A stretch of 33,581 nucleotides of DNA. Origin: a virus. Lineage: Duplodnaviria; Caudoviricetes. Shown in pieces: positions 17,759 through 28,168 of the stretch (positions are counted from its first letter, which is position 1; each line of letters opens with the position of its first letter). The DNA lies in IMG/VR virus record IMGVR_UViG_3300046368_001116, positions 1-33,581 of that record; one strand, given 5' to 3'. The notes under the pieces were generated by a model. That model was not told the origin of the DNA, searched no databases, and saw only the letters and a list, made by a program, of their open reading frames with translations. The position numbers and the translations under genes are program-made.

Positions 17759-17839
17759 TCTAAATTTTAATTTTGTAAGTTAAAATTAAGACTTAGGCAG
17801 GTGAAAACCTGCAGTCTATGAAAGCGACATAATAAAAAA

Positions 17840-18832
17840 ATGCAGATTACAAATAATGACGAGGTTGCCGTTTCACAAGCAACAGAGACAACAGAAACAA
17901 AAGGGAATCTCAGTGATGATGATTTTTTAGGCTTTTTAGCCCAAGAGGATCCAGTTGCTGAGTCACAAGTCGAAGATGTTACCACTGATGAATCGGGGGT
18001 AGAAGCAGAAGAGGCAAGTGAAGAAGAAAATGTTCTTTTACAATCAAATGACGAGGAAGACGAGGAAGATGAGACTGATGAGACTGATGTATTAGAAGAA
18101 TCAGAAGAATCAGAAGAATCAGAGGAACCTAAGACTCCAAAATCCGTTCAGAAATTAGTTAAACAGATAGGGAAATTGACAAGCAGAGCAAAAACTGCCG
18201 AGGAAAATTTCGCATCAATATCGAATGAACTAAAAAGTTTGAGGGAATCTAAGAGTGAAGAAAAAGCACATTCACCTGGTGTAAATGAAGTAGAAACTTT
18301 TGAAGAATTGGAAACCCTTCGTAAGGAGGCAATCAATGCAAAAAAGTGGGCACGGAAATACGAGGGTGAATCTTTCGTTGAGGAAAATGGTGTTGAGTAC
18401 ACTGCCGAGCAGATTAAGGAAATTCGGAACAATTCAGAAGATTGTTTAGACGAGTTAATCCCTGCCAGGCAAAAATTTCTCCAGGAGAGAGATAGTTCAA
18501 ATGCTCAGGCCACACAATCATTTCCATTCTTGCAAGATCAAGCATCGGAAGGGTTCAAACTACTCAGTTCCATAAATGAAAACCCAAGGTTCAAAACACT
18601 GAAGGATCTACCTAACGAATTATACCTAAAAGGTTTATTAGTTGAAGGAGTTTTAGCAGTTAAGTCCAGGAATACGGCACCGAAAAAAGTAGTTAAGAAA
18701 ACTGCTAAACCAATGCCCCCTGTTGAACCTTTTAGCGAGGTATCACCTCCCGTCAAAAAAGTAAAAAACAAATCTAAAATCCTGGGTAACGGAAATGTAA
18801 CCGAAGATCAATTAATCGCATTTTTATCATAA
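17840..18832 (+). CDS. capsid scaffolding protein
   Basis: very acidic N-terminus, coiled coil (VQKLVKQIGKLT), precedes the MCP. Confidence 0.8.
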   Translation: MQITNNDEVAVSQATETTETKGNLSDDDFLGFLAQEDPVAESQVEDVTTDESGVEAEEASEEENVLLQSNDEEDEEDETDETDVLEESEESEESEEPKTPKSVQKLVKQIGKLTSRAKTAEENFASISNELKSLRESKSEEKAHSPGVNEVETFEELETLRKEAINAKKWARKYEGESFVEENGVEYTAEQIKEIRNNSEDCLDELIPARQKFLQERDSSNAQATQSFPFLQDQASEGFKLLSSINENPRFKTLKDLPNELYLKGLLVEGVLAVKSRNTAPKKVVKKTAKPMPPVEPFSEVSPPVKKVKNKSKILGNGNVTEDQLIAFLS

Positions 18833-18854
18833 CAAAATTTAAACAAAACATATC

Positions 18855-19928
18855 ATGGCACAAGCAACTTCATATTCACTAGGTGATCGACCATCCGTAA
18901 GGGGTGCTAGAGAATCCTTAGACAACACACTTCGCAGAACTGCAGTAGAATCAACACCTATGTTCGCAATGCTCTCCAGGGGTCCATCAGCAAAAGCAAT
19001 GCTTTCTGAATGGATGGTAGATGACCTTTCCGAGGTTTCTTTTCCTGGTGTTGCAGATGGAAAACCACTCGCATTCGGGGGTGACTTTGTAGACAAAACA
19101 ACCGAGCGATGCCGTTTTGCAAATCGCATTCAACAATTGCAAAGAACTTTCAGCGTTTCTCCTCAAGCAGAGGCAGTAGATGTTGCAGGTCCTTCAGGGC
19201 TTTATGCACAAAGTAAAGCACGGGCACTTATCGAGTTAAAACGAGATTGTGAAGCTTTAATCTGCTCCGATAGTGAAATGGCAGTATCTGCTATCCCTGC
19301 ACCAATTGGAGGTGTGGCACAACCTCGCACAGGTGATAAACTTGGTGCTTTAGGTGCCTGGACAAACCCTACCAACAACACTGCAAATGGTGTTTATGGG
19401 TCTGTCCTTCAACAGGGTTATCGTTCAGTAGCAGGTTCAAGGTTTGATATGACAGGAAATGGTGGAGTAATGACTGAAGATGATCTTCGTGGATTACTGC
19501 AATCAATATTTGAACAGAGTGGATCTGCAACTAGTTACAAATTAATCGGAGGACCTTCCGTTTTAAATCAGATTGCTGACATGACGAGAACCAACGTTGG
19601 TGGAGGTTCCCCTTCGTACCAGTTGACTCAAAATGTTGGTGATGGGGTACTCAAATTGCAGGTCCAAGAGTATATTTCTGACTGGGGCCGAGTATACTTG
19701 GTGCCGACCTTACTTAATGGTAGAACTTCAGGAAATGCATTAAATAACGCTTCTCGTAGTCGAGCGTACATCATTCCTTCTGACAATCACATTACTCTTC
19801 GTTTCCTTGAAGGTATTCGTTCGATTGACCTTGAGGACATTGATGGAGCAGGTAAACGAGGATTGGTTCGCACAATGTTCACCATGACTCCTACCAGTGC
19901 AGGCCGACCCCTTGGTTCAATAATTTAA
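18855..19928 (+). CDS. major capsid protein (SU10/DUF5309-like)
   Basis: RESL, TPM, EWMVDDL, NRIQ, ELKRDCE, YISDWG motifs; followed by a terminator. Confidence 0.88.
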   Translation: MAQATSYSLGDRPSVRGARESLDNTLRRTAVESTPMFAMLSRGPSAKAMLSEWMVDDLSEVSFPGVADGKPLAFGGDFVDKTTERCRFANRIQQLQRTFSVSPQAEAVDVAGPSGLYAQSKARALIELKRDCEALICSDSEMAVSAIPAPIGGVAQPRTGDKLGALGAWTNPTNNTANGVYGSVLQQGYRSVAGSRFDMTGNGGVMTEDDLRGLLQSIFEQSGSATSYKLIGGPSVLNQIADMTRTNVGGGSPSYQLTQNVGDGVLKLQVQEYISDWGRVYLVPTLLNGRTSGNALNNASRSRAYIIPSDNHITLRFLEGIRSIDLEDIDGAGKRGLVRTMFTMTPTSAGRPLGSII

Positions 19929-19952
19929 TCTAGGTTTATAGTTATCCTAGTT

Positions 19953-19993
19953 GGGGGGACCTTTTCGTGGGGTAAGGGTCCCCCCTTTTTTTT
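19953..19993 (+). terminator. rho-independent terminator
   Basis: GGGGGGACCTT...GGGTCCCCCC followed by T8. Confidence 0.85.
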
Positions 19994-19999
19994 AATACC

Positions 20000-20311
20000 A
20001 TGAGTTTAAATATCATAATTAAAGGACCCAAAAAATCAATGTCAGACAATGAACTGAATGATTATTTGGCCCGTGAAAATAATAAAACTGCATATTATGA
20101 AAAGCAGAACTACATGAAACGACAACGGAAGGTTGCCAAGAATAATGAGCATTTGAAGGGGACTAGTTTAAAAAACATGAAACCAACAGGGGCAATTGAT
20201 TTAACAACTTTTGTAAGAATGGAGCAAAATGATCCTGGTTTTTGGGACGATAAAGGGAGCCGAGATTCCTTCATGCGTGATAATCCCGAATGCAGGATTC
20301 AGAATGATTAA
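20000..20311 (+). CDS. hypothetical virion-module protein
   Basis: 103 aa after the MCP. Confidence 0.75.
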   Translation: MSLNIIIKGPKKSMSDNELNDYLARENNKTAYYEKQNYMKRQRKVAKNNEHLKGTSLKNMKPTGAIDLTTFVRMEQNDPGFWDDKGSRDSFMRDNPECRIQND

Positions 20312-21067
20312 ATGGCAAACTACCCTACAGACCCTTACTCAGTAGTTCAGGATAGATACAAGGCCTTAACGGGCCTTGAGGTACTCCAGGACTTTGATGA
20401 AATGGCACTGAGGGACAATATCAGAAAACGATTTAAAACTGCATTTGATGCCTACCCTTGGCCTGAATTTAGGGTAATAGGTGAGCAGTTATTATTAACA
20501 TCAAATAACATTAGAACTTTAAGTCCTCCAGGTGTTCCTGGTGCAGGGGTTGCCCTGGCATTCGATGCTGACCAGGTTCTATCAATTCAGAAGGAAGATC
20601 CGAACAAAGTTTTAAACCCTTCAGAATACATTTTCGTAAAAAACCAGGATACTTTCAATGCTCCTTCAGTTAAGATAATTTCAACAATTGATTTGGACGG
20701 GAACAATGTTTTTGTAACTTACAAAAAGGATTTTGACCTGGTAGTGAAAACAATATCCAACCCAAATGGTACAACTGGATATTTTGGAACCCAAGCAGGT
20801 GACACACCTGAAATTCCCAGGTTCATTTTAGAATACTGCACACACGGGGCCTATTGTGATTATTTAAAATCTGACGGGCAAAATCAAAAATCAATCATAG
20901 ACGAACAGGTAGCAGACAACTTGTTGACCAGGGCGATTGAAAATTTGGAGTCTAGTGGAAGGCAACATCGTAATAATATTGGCCAGGAAAGACCCAGGTC
21001 ACAATTTAATCGCCATCAGGGCAGACAGGCCCAGGCAGTAACTTTACCAGGACAGGGCCGAGGATAA
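20312..21067 (+). CDS. head-tail adaptor-like protein, paralog 1
   Basis: position; WPE and IP..Y...G...D..D.Q..K motifs shared with the next gene. Confidence 0.55.
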   Translation: MANYPTDPYSVVQDRYKALTGLEVLQDFDEMALRDNIRKRFKTAFDAYPWPEFRVIGEQLLLTSNNIRTLSPPGVPGAGVALAFDADQVLSIQKEDPNKVLNPSEYIFVKNQDTFNAPSVKIISTIDLDGNNVFVTYKKDFDLVVKTISNPNGTTGYFGTQAGDTPEIPRFILEYCTHGAYCDYLKSDGQNQKSIIDEQVADNLLTRAIENLESSGRQHRNNIGQERPRSQFNRHQGRQAQAVTLPGQGRG

Positions 21068-21669
21068 TGGATGTAATTACATATGATGATTTGGAGAAAA
21101 GTTTTCAGGCCCAGGCAGGGTTAATTACCCTGGATGCCACGGACAAATTCTTCTTCGTAAATTCACTAAATTTACGATTACGAGATGCATGGTCCAGGGC
21201 AAAGTGGCCTGAGTTAATACAGGTTGGAGAATTAGCCTTAGCAGACAATGCTCCTTATGGTAAATCAACTCCCCAGGTAAATTATGACATTTTAAATGTC
21301 TACGATAAAAATCCGTATTCTGATATAACTGCAAGAACCCTATTTTATACATTAATTGATTCCAGGGTTCAGGTTAATATTCAAACACCTGTTGCGAGTA
21401 TTTTTGTTTTAAAGAAAATACCATTCACTCCGTATGATGAAAATTCTGCAGACATTCCCGTTATATTTCAGAGTTACCTGGTAGCAGGGATCCTGTCTGA
21501 CTTTTTCAGGGGAGATAACCAATATGATAAAGCCCAGGCCGAAGAGGCCAGGGCTGAAGAAGCACTTTTAAAACAGATAGACAGGGTTGAGCGATTACAG
21601 AATCAAAACACTCCCCTGGTTGGAAATTACACTTTAAATCAAACCAGGAATATATTCCAAACCACTTAA
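21067..21669 (+). CDS. head-tail adaptor-like protein, paralog 2
   Basis: same motifs; TAATG-coupled. Confidence 0.55.
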   Translation: MDVITYDDLEKSFQAQAGLITLDATDKFFFVNSLNLRLRDAWSRAKWPELIQVGELALADNAPYGKSTPQVNYDILNVYDKNPYSDITARTLFYTLIDSRVQVNIQTPVASIFVLKKIPFTPYDENSADIPVIFQSYLVAGILSDFFRGDNQYDKAQAEEARAEEALLKQIDRVERLQNQNTPLVGNYTLNQTRNIFQTT

Positions 21670-21672
21670 AAT

Positions 21673-21924
21673 ATGGGAAATGTAAATGTAAATAATTTAA
21701 CAGGTCAAAATGGGGGTGAACTAGTTCGTGGTCCTCGATTGGTGACAGGTCCTATAACTGCAATACAATGCCTTGACGATGTAATGCTTGGGCCAGTGCT
21801 GACAAATATTGATCAAACCACTGACTCTTTTACTAATCAGGTAATTCCTCCTGGAGTAATTATTTACGGAAAATATTCTTCCGTAACCATTTCCCAGGGC
21901 ACTGCAATTTTGTATTATAAATGA
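21673..21924 (+). CDS. small beta-rich structural protein
   Basis: 83 aa. Confidence 0.65.
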   Translation: MGNVNVNNLTGQNGGELVRGPRLVTGPITAIQCLDDVMLGPVLTNIDQTTDSFTNQVIPPGVIIYGKYSSVTISQGTAILYYK

Positions 21925-22796
21925 CCCTTGGACTTTCATTTGGGAATGCCCTGGGTCTTGGAAATACTTCAAGAAATTTAATAAGAAATGTCCGTTACTG
22001 GACCCCTGGAGACATTGACACATTAGCATGGTTTGATGCTTCCGATGATGCATCAAACAATGTGACAAACAACCTGGTGACCAGGTGGAAAGATCTGAGT
22101 GGTAACAATAATCACTTAGCCCCTGTTGGCCCAGGCCCCAACCGAAACACCTTTACTAGGAATAGTTTAAAAGTGAACCATTTCTCAGGGGACCGACACA
22201 TGAGAAGGATCCAGGCAAATATCCCCACGGGGGACCAGGCCTGGGTGTTAATTGCAAAATCGGATGTGGTTGATTCCACCTCCGATGCATTAATTTCTCA
22301 CAAGGGAAATTGGCAATTAGAGGGTGGGGCCAATAATAAGTTCCACGGAAGATTATTAAAGAATCTTCAAGCACCGATTCAATTAAGATTCTCAAATGTT
22401 GAGATTACTGACTATTCTATTTTTACTATAATTATAGACCAGGCAAATGGTCTGGTTACAATTAAATTAAATGGTACTGAAATAGACTCAGGGGTGGACC
22501 TTACTCCTGGTGTTATAGCAAACCAGGACCTTTTAATAATGGCAAACAGGGGTGAATCTCAATTCCCTGAAGGGAAAATGGCCGAAATTGTTTCTGTTGG
22601 TAGTGTAGACCCTGCGATTGTTGAAGTAGTTGAAGGTTACCTTTCCCACAAGTGGGAAGTGGACCTACCCGTAGATCACCCTCATTCTGCCGAACCTCCA
22701 AGTGTGGTTCAGATTCAGGCAACTGAATTTCTAACAGATGAGAATGGTAGAATAATAAATGACATAAATGGCAATCCAGTAATTGTCCAGGGATGA
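21921..22796 (+). CDS. LamG/concanavalin-like virion protein
   Basis: AWFDASD..WKDLSGNNNH..G.MAEI..VEGYLSHKW. Confidence 0.7.
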   Translation: MTLGLSFGNALGLGNTSRNLIRNVRYWTPGDIDTLAWFDASDDASNNVTNNLVTRWKDLSGNNNHLAPVGPGPNRNTFTRNSLKVNHFSGDRHMRRIQANIPTGDQAWVLIAKSDVVDSTSDALISHKGNWQLEGGANNKFHGRLLKNLQAPIQLRFSNVEITDYSIFTIIIDQANGLVTIKLNGTEIDSGVDLTPGVIANQDLLIMANRGESQFPEGKMAEIVSVGSVDPAIVEVVEGYLSHKWEVDLPVDHPHSAEPPSVVQIQATEFLTDENGRIINDINGNPVIVQG

Positions 22797-22797
22797 T

Positions 22798-23085
22798 ATG
22801 CCAAATGTCAAAATTACAGAACTACCTGCCATTGGTGACCTGGATATTACCAACGATGATATTTTCCCAGTTGTGGATGCTCCAAATGGAGGGGTCCCAG
22901 TTACAAAAAAACTATCTGTTGCAAAGCTATTTAACACTGCACCAGTGAAGAGCGTGGCAGGCAAAACGAATGGTGACATTACCCTGGATTCTAGTGACCT
23001 GGATAACACTGCAGACATTACCCATTATTCTGACTTGGGTGATTTTGAACTATTTAAGCAAACATTTAATAATACGATAATATGA
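22798..23085 (+). CDS. small tail-associated protein
   Basis: MPNVKITELP, TKK, PVKSVAGKT motifs typical of tail-fibre segments. Confidence 0.6.
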   Translation: MPNVKITELPAIGDLDITNDDIFPVVDAPNGGVPVTKKLSVAKLFNTAPVKSVAGKTNGDITLDSSDLDNTADITHYSDLGDFELFKQTFNNTII

Positions 23086-26000
23086 AGATTTTAGAAAAAG
23101 TGGCAGGCCTTATCGGTCTTGAATTTAATGCAGTACGAGTAAGCTTAGGTAATGTTCAAAATATATCTAACTTGGCAATGCCCAGGGCAGAAGCAGAAGC
23201 AGAATTTGCGACCCAGGTAAGTTTAGGCACTTATACAAAATCAGCAGATATTTTAATCAGTCACTACACTAAAACCCAGGCCAATAATTTATTCAGTACC
23301 CAAGTATCTTTAAATTCAGGATTAGGGGACCGATATACAAAATCAGAAAGTGTTGCCCTATTTGCCGACAAAAATAACCTGGCAAATAATTATACTAACA
23401 CCACAACCCTGGTTGAGAATTATGCAACTAAGGCAAGTCTTGGTGCGATAGGGGAACAATTAGTTAGTCTTTCAGCATCGATATTTAGTGTTAATCATGT
23501 TTCAGGGGATTCAATGGACCTTTCGGGTAATCTCTCAATCGGGGGTACATTTACTGCCGTTGGTGATGCCAGGGCACAAAATGTTTCGGCCCTGGCACAA
23601 CTCTCAGGCATGAGGGCAGAGTTTGGAGATGCTACTAGTCAAGCCAATGGCACAAATATCATTGATGTTAAAGGGGGTGCAAACATCCAGGGTAAATTAG
23701 TTGTTTCTTCACTCGATGTGAAGGGAACAACTAACATTGTAAACACAACTAGTGTTGAAGTTTCTGACAATTTTATAGAATTAAATAAAGCTCAAGACGG
23801 GAGTGTAACTGCAAGTGAGGCAGGCATTACAATCAACAGGGGACTAGTTCAGGATGGTGTTGACGGGAATGGTGACCCAGTAATGGTGGAGGCCGATGAT
23901 GCCAAATTACATTTTAATAATGTTACAGGAAAGTGGTCCTTAACTAATGATGGTCTTGCCCTGGCAGAATTAAGTGTTGGAAAGATTTACTCTTCCAATT
24001 CATTTGCAAATTTAGCAGGTTTTCCTCTCGCAAGTTCATTCCCAGGAATGGTTGCAATCGCAGTTGATACTAAAATAAATTACATTTCTTCAGGAACTAC
24101 TTGGGTAGCAATTGCAACACAAGCGAATCTCGATTCAAGCATAAACAACCTGGGCACTTTTGCTGAGTTTCAAGCTCAATTTCTTGGATCTTTGGATTCA
24201 GATGGTGATGGAATTTCAAATGCAAATGAGGATATTGACGGAGATAATATTCTTGATGGAGTGGATCCTGATCTAACTGATGGTCCCTTAGCAGATGCAG
24301 ACGGGGACGGGGTTATTAATTCCCTGGATGCATTTCCAAATGACCCAAATGAAACAACTGATACTGATGGAGACGGGGTAGGTGATAATGCTGACCCTGA
24401 CCCCAATGATGATAGTGTAACTGGGGATGCAGATAATGACGGGGTAGATGATTTAATAGATGCCTTCCCTAATGATGGAACAGAAGATACTGATTCAGAT
24501 GGGGATGGGGTAGGGGATAATGCAGATGCCTTCCCTAATGACGGAACAGAAGATACTGATTCAGATGGAGACGGGGTAGGTGATAATGCTGACCCTGACC
24601 CTAATGATAATAGTGTAACTGGAGTTGACTCAGATGGTGACGGGGCTGACGATGCAGTCGATGCATTCCCAAATAATCCAAATGAACAATTAGACACAGA
24701 TGGTGACGGGATAGGTAACAACGAAGATTCCCATCCTGACGATCCTAGTCAATCAGGAGTTGATGCAGATAATGACGGGATTGATGATGCAATAGATATA
24801 GACCCAACTGATCCATTAAGTTCGGGACAGGATGCAGACAACGATGGTATTGATGATGCATTGCAAAATTCGCCTGGTTATGACAAAGACGGAGATGGAA
24901 TAATTAATAGTCAAGATTCTCATCCTGACGATCCTAGTCAATCAGGAGTTGATGCAGATAATGACGGGGTTGATGATGCAATAGATATAGACCCAACTGA
25001 CAATACAAAATCAGGAGTAGATTCTGATAATGATGGGGTTGATGATGCAGTAGATTTATACCCAAATGACAATACACAATCAGGAGTAGACTCTGATAAT
25101 GATGGGATTGATGATGTAGTAGATACACACCCAAATGATAATACACAATCAGGGGTAGATGCTGATAACGATGGAGTTGACGATGCAGTAGATTCAGACC
25201 CATCAGTTAATGATAATTTTGTTGATGTAGATGGGGATGGGGTATGGGATAGTGTAGACTCCAATACAACCCCTGCAGGTCAACCTGGATCCGATACGAG
25301 TGTTAGTAGTACATTTATCGGGTGGGGGACAAGCGATCTAATGCTTGACCTTAGTCAAAGTAGTGGTCCTCACTACGCAAGAGAGTACCTGGCTCATATA
25401 TATGAGAATTTGGGTACATATTATTTGGGTCAAGGTTGGGACGATATTGCTATGGCCGAAAGTAAACGAGTTACGATACCAGGCCTGAGTAATTACTTCA
25501 TTACTGGTTTTGAGTATTCTCTTGCCACTTCAGATGACGGGCAAAGTGCAGGGCTTTTCGTCCACATTGTTAACGGAGATTTAGTGCTTCAAGTCCGAAA
25601 CGGGAATAAAGTTGGGTATAGAAAAATCTATGACTCAAGCACTCAGCAATTTGTAAACGGATTCTCACTCAGTAATTACGCATTTCTTGGAGGTGACCTT
25701 GCTAATCAGGGGTACATTAAAAGCTTTAACCTCAGTTACGATGTTACTAAAGTGCAGGATTCTGATGGTGATGCAATTAGTGATTTTGAGGATGCATTTC
25801 CAAATGACTCAACTGAACACCTGGATACGGATGGGGACGGGACAGGTAACAATGCAGATACGGACGATGATGGTGACGGGGTCCTAGACAATGTTGATAC
25901 TCATCCTTTGGATTCAACAAAGTCATCAGTTCCATTTGAAACTATAACGATGCAGAAAGTTGTAAGTGGATGGGCAGTTGGTGCCCCAACATTTACTCCC

Positions 26001-26351
26001 CTGGCCGATGAAATTGGTTACGAAACTACAACAGGATCCACTGACTATCCCTCCAAATATTATAAAACATATCAATTAGGTGATTTTACACTGGAGATAA
26101 CTTCTCTTCAAACAACCTTAACGAATGCAACCCTGGGGATTAATCAGGTCATTGCCACAGGGGTCCAACACCTTGAGGACTCTGCTCTCAGGGCATTAGG
26201 TATGTATAATGAATCAAGTCCAATTATGAGTGACCACTCAACTGCATCGTCAGCAATTGGAGGAGGGGATCTGGCTTCAATCACATTCCTTCCAACAGAA
26301 CCTAGTGTCATAAGTCATTATTATAATAAAATTATTTTAACATTAAACTAA
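23082..26351 (+). CDS. tail fibre/adhesin with thrombospondin type-3 Ca-binding repeats
   Basis: YTK repeats, VSDNFIELN..AGITINRG shaft motif, many DxDxDGxxDxxDxxP repeats. Confidence 0.8.
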   Translation: MKILEKVAGLIGLEFNAVRVSLGNVQNISNLAMPRAEAEAEFATQVSLGTYTKSADILISHYTKTQANNLFSTQVSLNSGLGDRYTKSESVALFADKNNLANNYTNTTTLVENYATKASLGAIGEQLVSLSASIFSVNHVSGDSMDLSGNLSIGGTFTAVGDARAQNVSALAQLSGMRAEFGDATSQANGTNIIDVKGGANIQGKLVVSSLDVKGTTNIVNTTSVEVSDNFIELNKAQDGSVTASEAGITINRGLVQDGVDGNGDPVMVEADDAKLHFNNVTGKWSLTNDGLALAELSVGKIYSSNSFANLAGFPLASSFPGMVAIAVDTKINYISSGTTWVAIATQANLDSSINNLGTFAEFQAQFLGSLDSDGDGISNANEDIDGDNILDGVDPDLTDGPLADADGDGVINSLDAFPNDPNETTDTDGDGVGDNADPDPNDDSVTGDADNDGVDDLIDAFPNDGTEDTDSDGDGVGDNADAFPNDGTEDTDSDGDGVGDNADPDPNDNSVTGVDSDGDGADDAVDAFPNNPNEQLDTDGDGIGNNEDSHPDDPSQSGVDADNDGIDDAIDIDPTDPLSSGQDADNDGIDDALQNSPGYDKDGDGIINSQDSHPDDPSQSGVDADNDGVDDAIDIDPTDNTKSGVDSDNDGVDDAVDLYPNDNTQSGVDSDNDGIDDVVDTHPNDNTQSGVDADNDGVDDAVDSDPSVNDNFVDVDGDGVWDSVDSNTTPAGQPGSDTSVSSTFIGWGTSDLMLDLSQSSGPHYAREYLAHIYENLGTYYLGQGWDDIAMAESKRVTIPGLSNYFITGFEYSLATSDDGQSAGLFVHIVNGDLVLQVRNGNKVGYRKIYDSSTQQFVNGFSLSNYAFLGGDLANQGYIKSFNLSYDVTKVQDSDGDAISDFEDAFPNDSTEHLDTDGDGTGNNADTDDDGDGVLDNVDTHPLDSTKSSVPFETITMQKVVSGWAVGAPTFTPLADEIGYETTTGSTDYPSKYYKTYQLGDFTLEITSLQTTLTNATLGINQVIATGVQHLEDSALRALGMYNESSPIMSDHSTASSAIGGGDLASITFLPTEPSVISHYYNKIILTLN
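24196..25260 (+). repeat. coding tandem repeats (TSP3-like)
   Basis: near-identical DNA blocks, e.g. ~24725-24810 vs ~24915-25000. Confidence 0.85.
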
Positions 26352-27722
26352 ATGTCAATTCTCGCTAGTATTGCCGAAACCATCGGCTCAACTATAAACC
26401 CTTTAATCTCCAGGATAAAAAACCTGGAGATTAGAATGGGAAGTGCCGAAGTGGCGATTGTTAATCTTGGGGGTCAGCAACCTCCCCCAACAGGAGATTT
26501 TACAATTGAACCCGTAACTTGGACTAATTTGACTGAAATTGATTTAAGTGGTGAAAAGCTTTTAAATACAGATTTTAGCAATACCTATATTCAGTATGTT
26601 GCTGACCCTGAAAACGATGGCTCGTCTAGGGGGGGTGGTATAAATCCTGTCAAGCTCATTGCCTTAACTGACATAAGTCTTCGAGGCACGATTATTCCCC
26701 AGGGCACACTATTGCATGGTGTTGGGGGAGGTGGTTCTGCCAACGAATTGATAAGAATGGAAGACCCTGATGACCCCAGGGACTACCCCTACACGGCAAG
26801 TAACCAATGGACAGGAACATGGGATTGGGAACCTTGGGCAGACCGAGGAACAACATGGGAATTTGCCAAAGAAGAAAACTTACCAACAAATTGGTCCGTA
26901 AGTAGTTCGACTCCATTAGACCAAGATAAATTAGCACAAGGCATTATTAAAGGTGATGGTGGGGCCGTTTCCATTCAGCAAATGTTCAGCAATCCAATTG
27001 CCATCGGAACTAAGCTAGTGGCTAAAGTCACTCGCACGGACCCCAATATTAACGGGGTTGTCCATGTAAAAACTTTACGGGCAAACGAAAGCCCTTACGG
27101 GGTGGAAAGAAACATAACTTTCGCAGACGGGTATGTAGAATTTGAGGCTACGGAATTAACATATGGCTTGCGTTTCTCTACGGCACACGGAACGAGAGAA
27201 ATAAGTTCTATTTCGTTGTTCAAAGGCGAGGTAAGTGGTGGGTCAGTGCAGACTTTTACGGGAGGCTCAGTCGAAAAAATTAGTGGAGTTGACGGGTATA
27301 ATGCAGGAGCATCTTCAGTTCAGAAAATTGATGGTCAAAGCAATGGGTATGTTCAGTTCCAGATTGGAACACCAAATAAGTCTGTAAGAGTAGGACTTGT
27401 TGGAATTGACTCAGACTTTGAAGTGGATCCACCATTCCAAATGAATTTTGGTGGTGGGACTATTGATTTATATAGTCCTTGGCTGAGTAATTACGCAACC
27501 TATGAAAGTGGCGATTGGTTTCGGATAAGGCATTATTCTGCTAACAACCAAATTCATTTTCAGAAAAAGCAAAATGTTTTAGATAGCAACGGGGTTTTGT
27601 TAGGGCAAGACTATGTGACCTTCTACACGCATCCGACTTTTTCCAACGGCAACGATCTATATTTTGACATTTCATTTCACACAATTGGCTCAAGGCTTAA
27701 CGATGTGCAAATCGCTACATGA
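26352..27722 (+). CDS. putative receptor-binding/tail protein
   Basis: short coiled-coil N-terminus, PPP linker, beta-rich body. Confidence 0.6.
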   Translation: MSILASIAETIGSTINPLISRIKNLEIRMGSAEVAIVNLGGQQPPPTGDFTIEPVTWTNLTEIDLSGEKLLNTDFSNTYIQYVADPENDGSSRGGGINPVKLIALTDISLRGTIIPQGTLLHGVGGGGSANELIRMEDPDDPRDYPYTASNQWTGTWDWEPWADRGTTWEFAKEENLPTNWSVSSSTPLDQDKLAQGIIKGDGGAVSIQQMFSNPIAIGTKLVAKVTRTDPNINGVVHVKTLRANESPYGVERNITFADGYVEFEATELTYGLRFSTAHGTREISSISLFKGEVSGGSVQTFTGGSVEKISGVDGYNAGASSVQKIDGQSNGYVQFQIGTPNKSVRVGLVGIDSDFEVDPPFQMNFGGGTIDLYSPWLSNYATYESGDWFRIRHYSANNQIHFQKKQNVLDSNGVLLGQDYVTFYTHPTFSNGNDLYFDISFHTIGSRLNDVQIAT

Positions 27723-28168
27723 AGAAAGTCGTTTTAATATTATCAATCTGCCTGCAAGGTTGCCAGGGTATTAAAACTTTTGCCCCCACAATTGGTGGAG
27801 GGATAGGTGCAGGTTTGGGATCCCTAGGTGGTATACCTGGAAGTATTGCAGGTGGAACATTGGGAGCAGGGGCAGGGCAGATTTACAAGGAAGTAAGTCA
27901 GAATGAAAAAGCAAAGAAAACCCTGGAGGCAATTTCACACGGAGATGTTCAGGCATTAGTTTCAGCACAAATGTCAGACCAAGTTTCAGGGTTTGACGAA
28001 TTTAAAAGTACAATTTTGAAAATCTTAAAAATAGCAGGGGCCTGCCTGTTAGCATATTTAACCATTCCACTTTGGGTTGCCAGGAAAACTGCAACCCAAT
28101 GTGCAAAGAGTGAAGCAAAGAAACATCAGACCAGGGCACCTTTTCCCGTCAAACCACCAAGCAGATGA
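27719..28168 (+). CDS. putative lipoprotein with glycine zipper and TM helix
   Basis: signal MKKVVLILSICLQGC; GxxxG repeats. Confidence 0.6.
   Translation: MKKVVLILSICLQGCQGIKTFAPTIGGGIGAGLGSLGGIPGSIAGGTLGAGAGQIYKEVSQNEKAKKTLEAISHGDVQALVSAQMSDQVSGFDEFKSTILKILKIAGACLLAYLTIPLWVARKTATQCAKSEAKKHQTRAPFPVKPPSR

Noticed and set aside
18060-18125. 9-bp repeats in the scaffold gene
   Set aside because: Ordinary low-complexity acidic linker
19594-19597. ACGT as a fully forbidden word
   Set aside because: At least one copy occurs here; it appears rare rather than absent
24176-25264. Ser/Pro-rich antisense ORFs
   Set aside because: Shadows of the Asp/Gly repeats on the + strand
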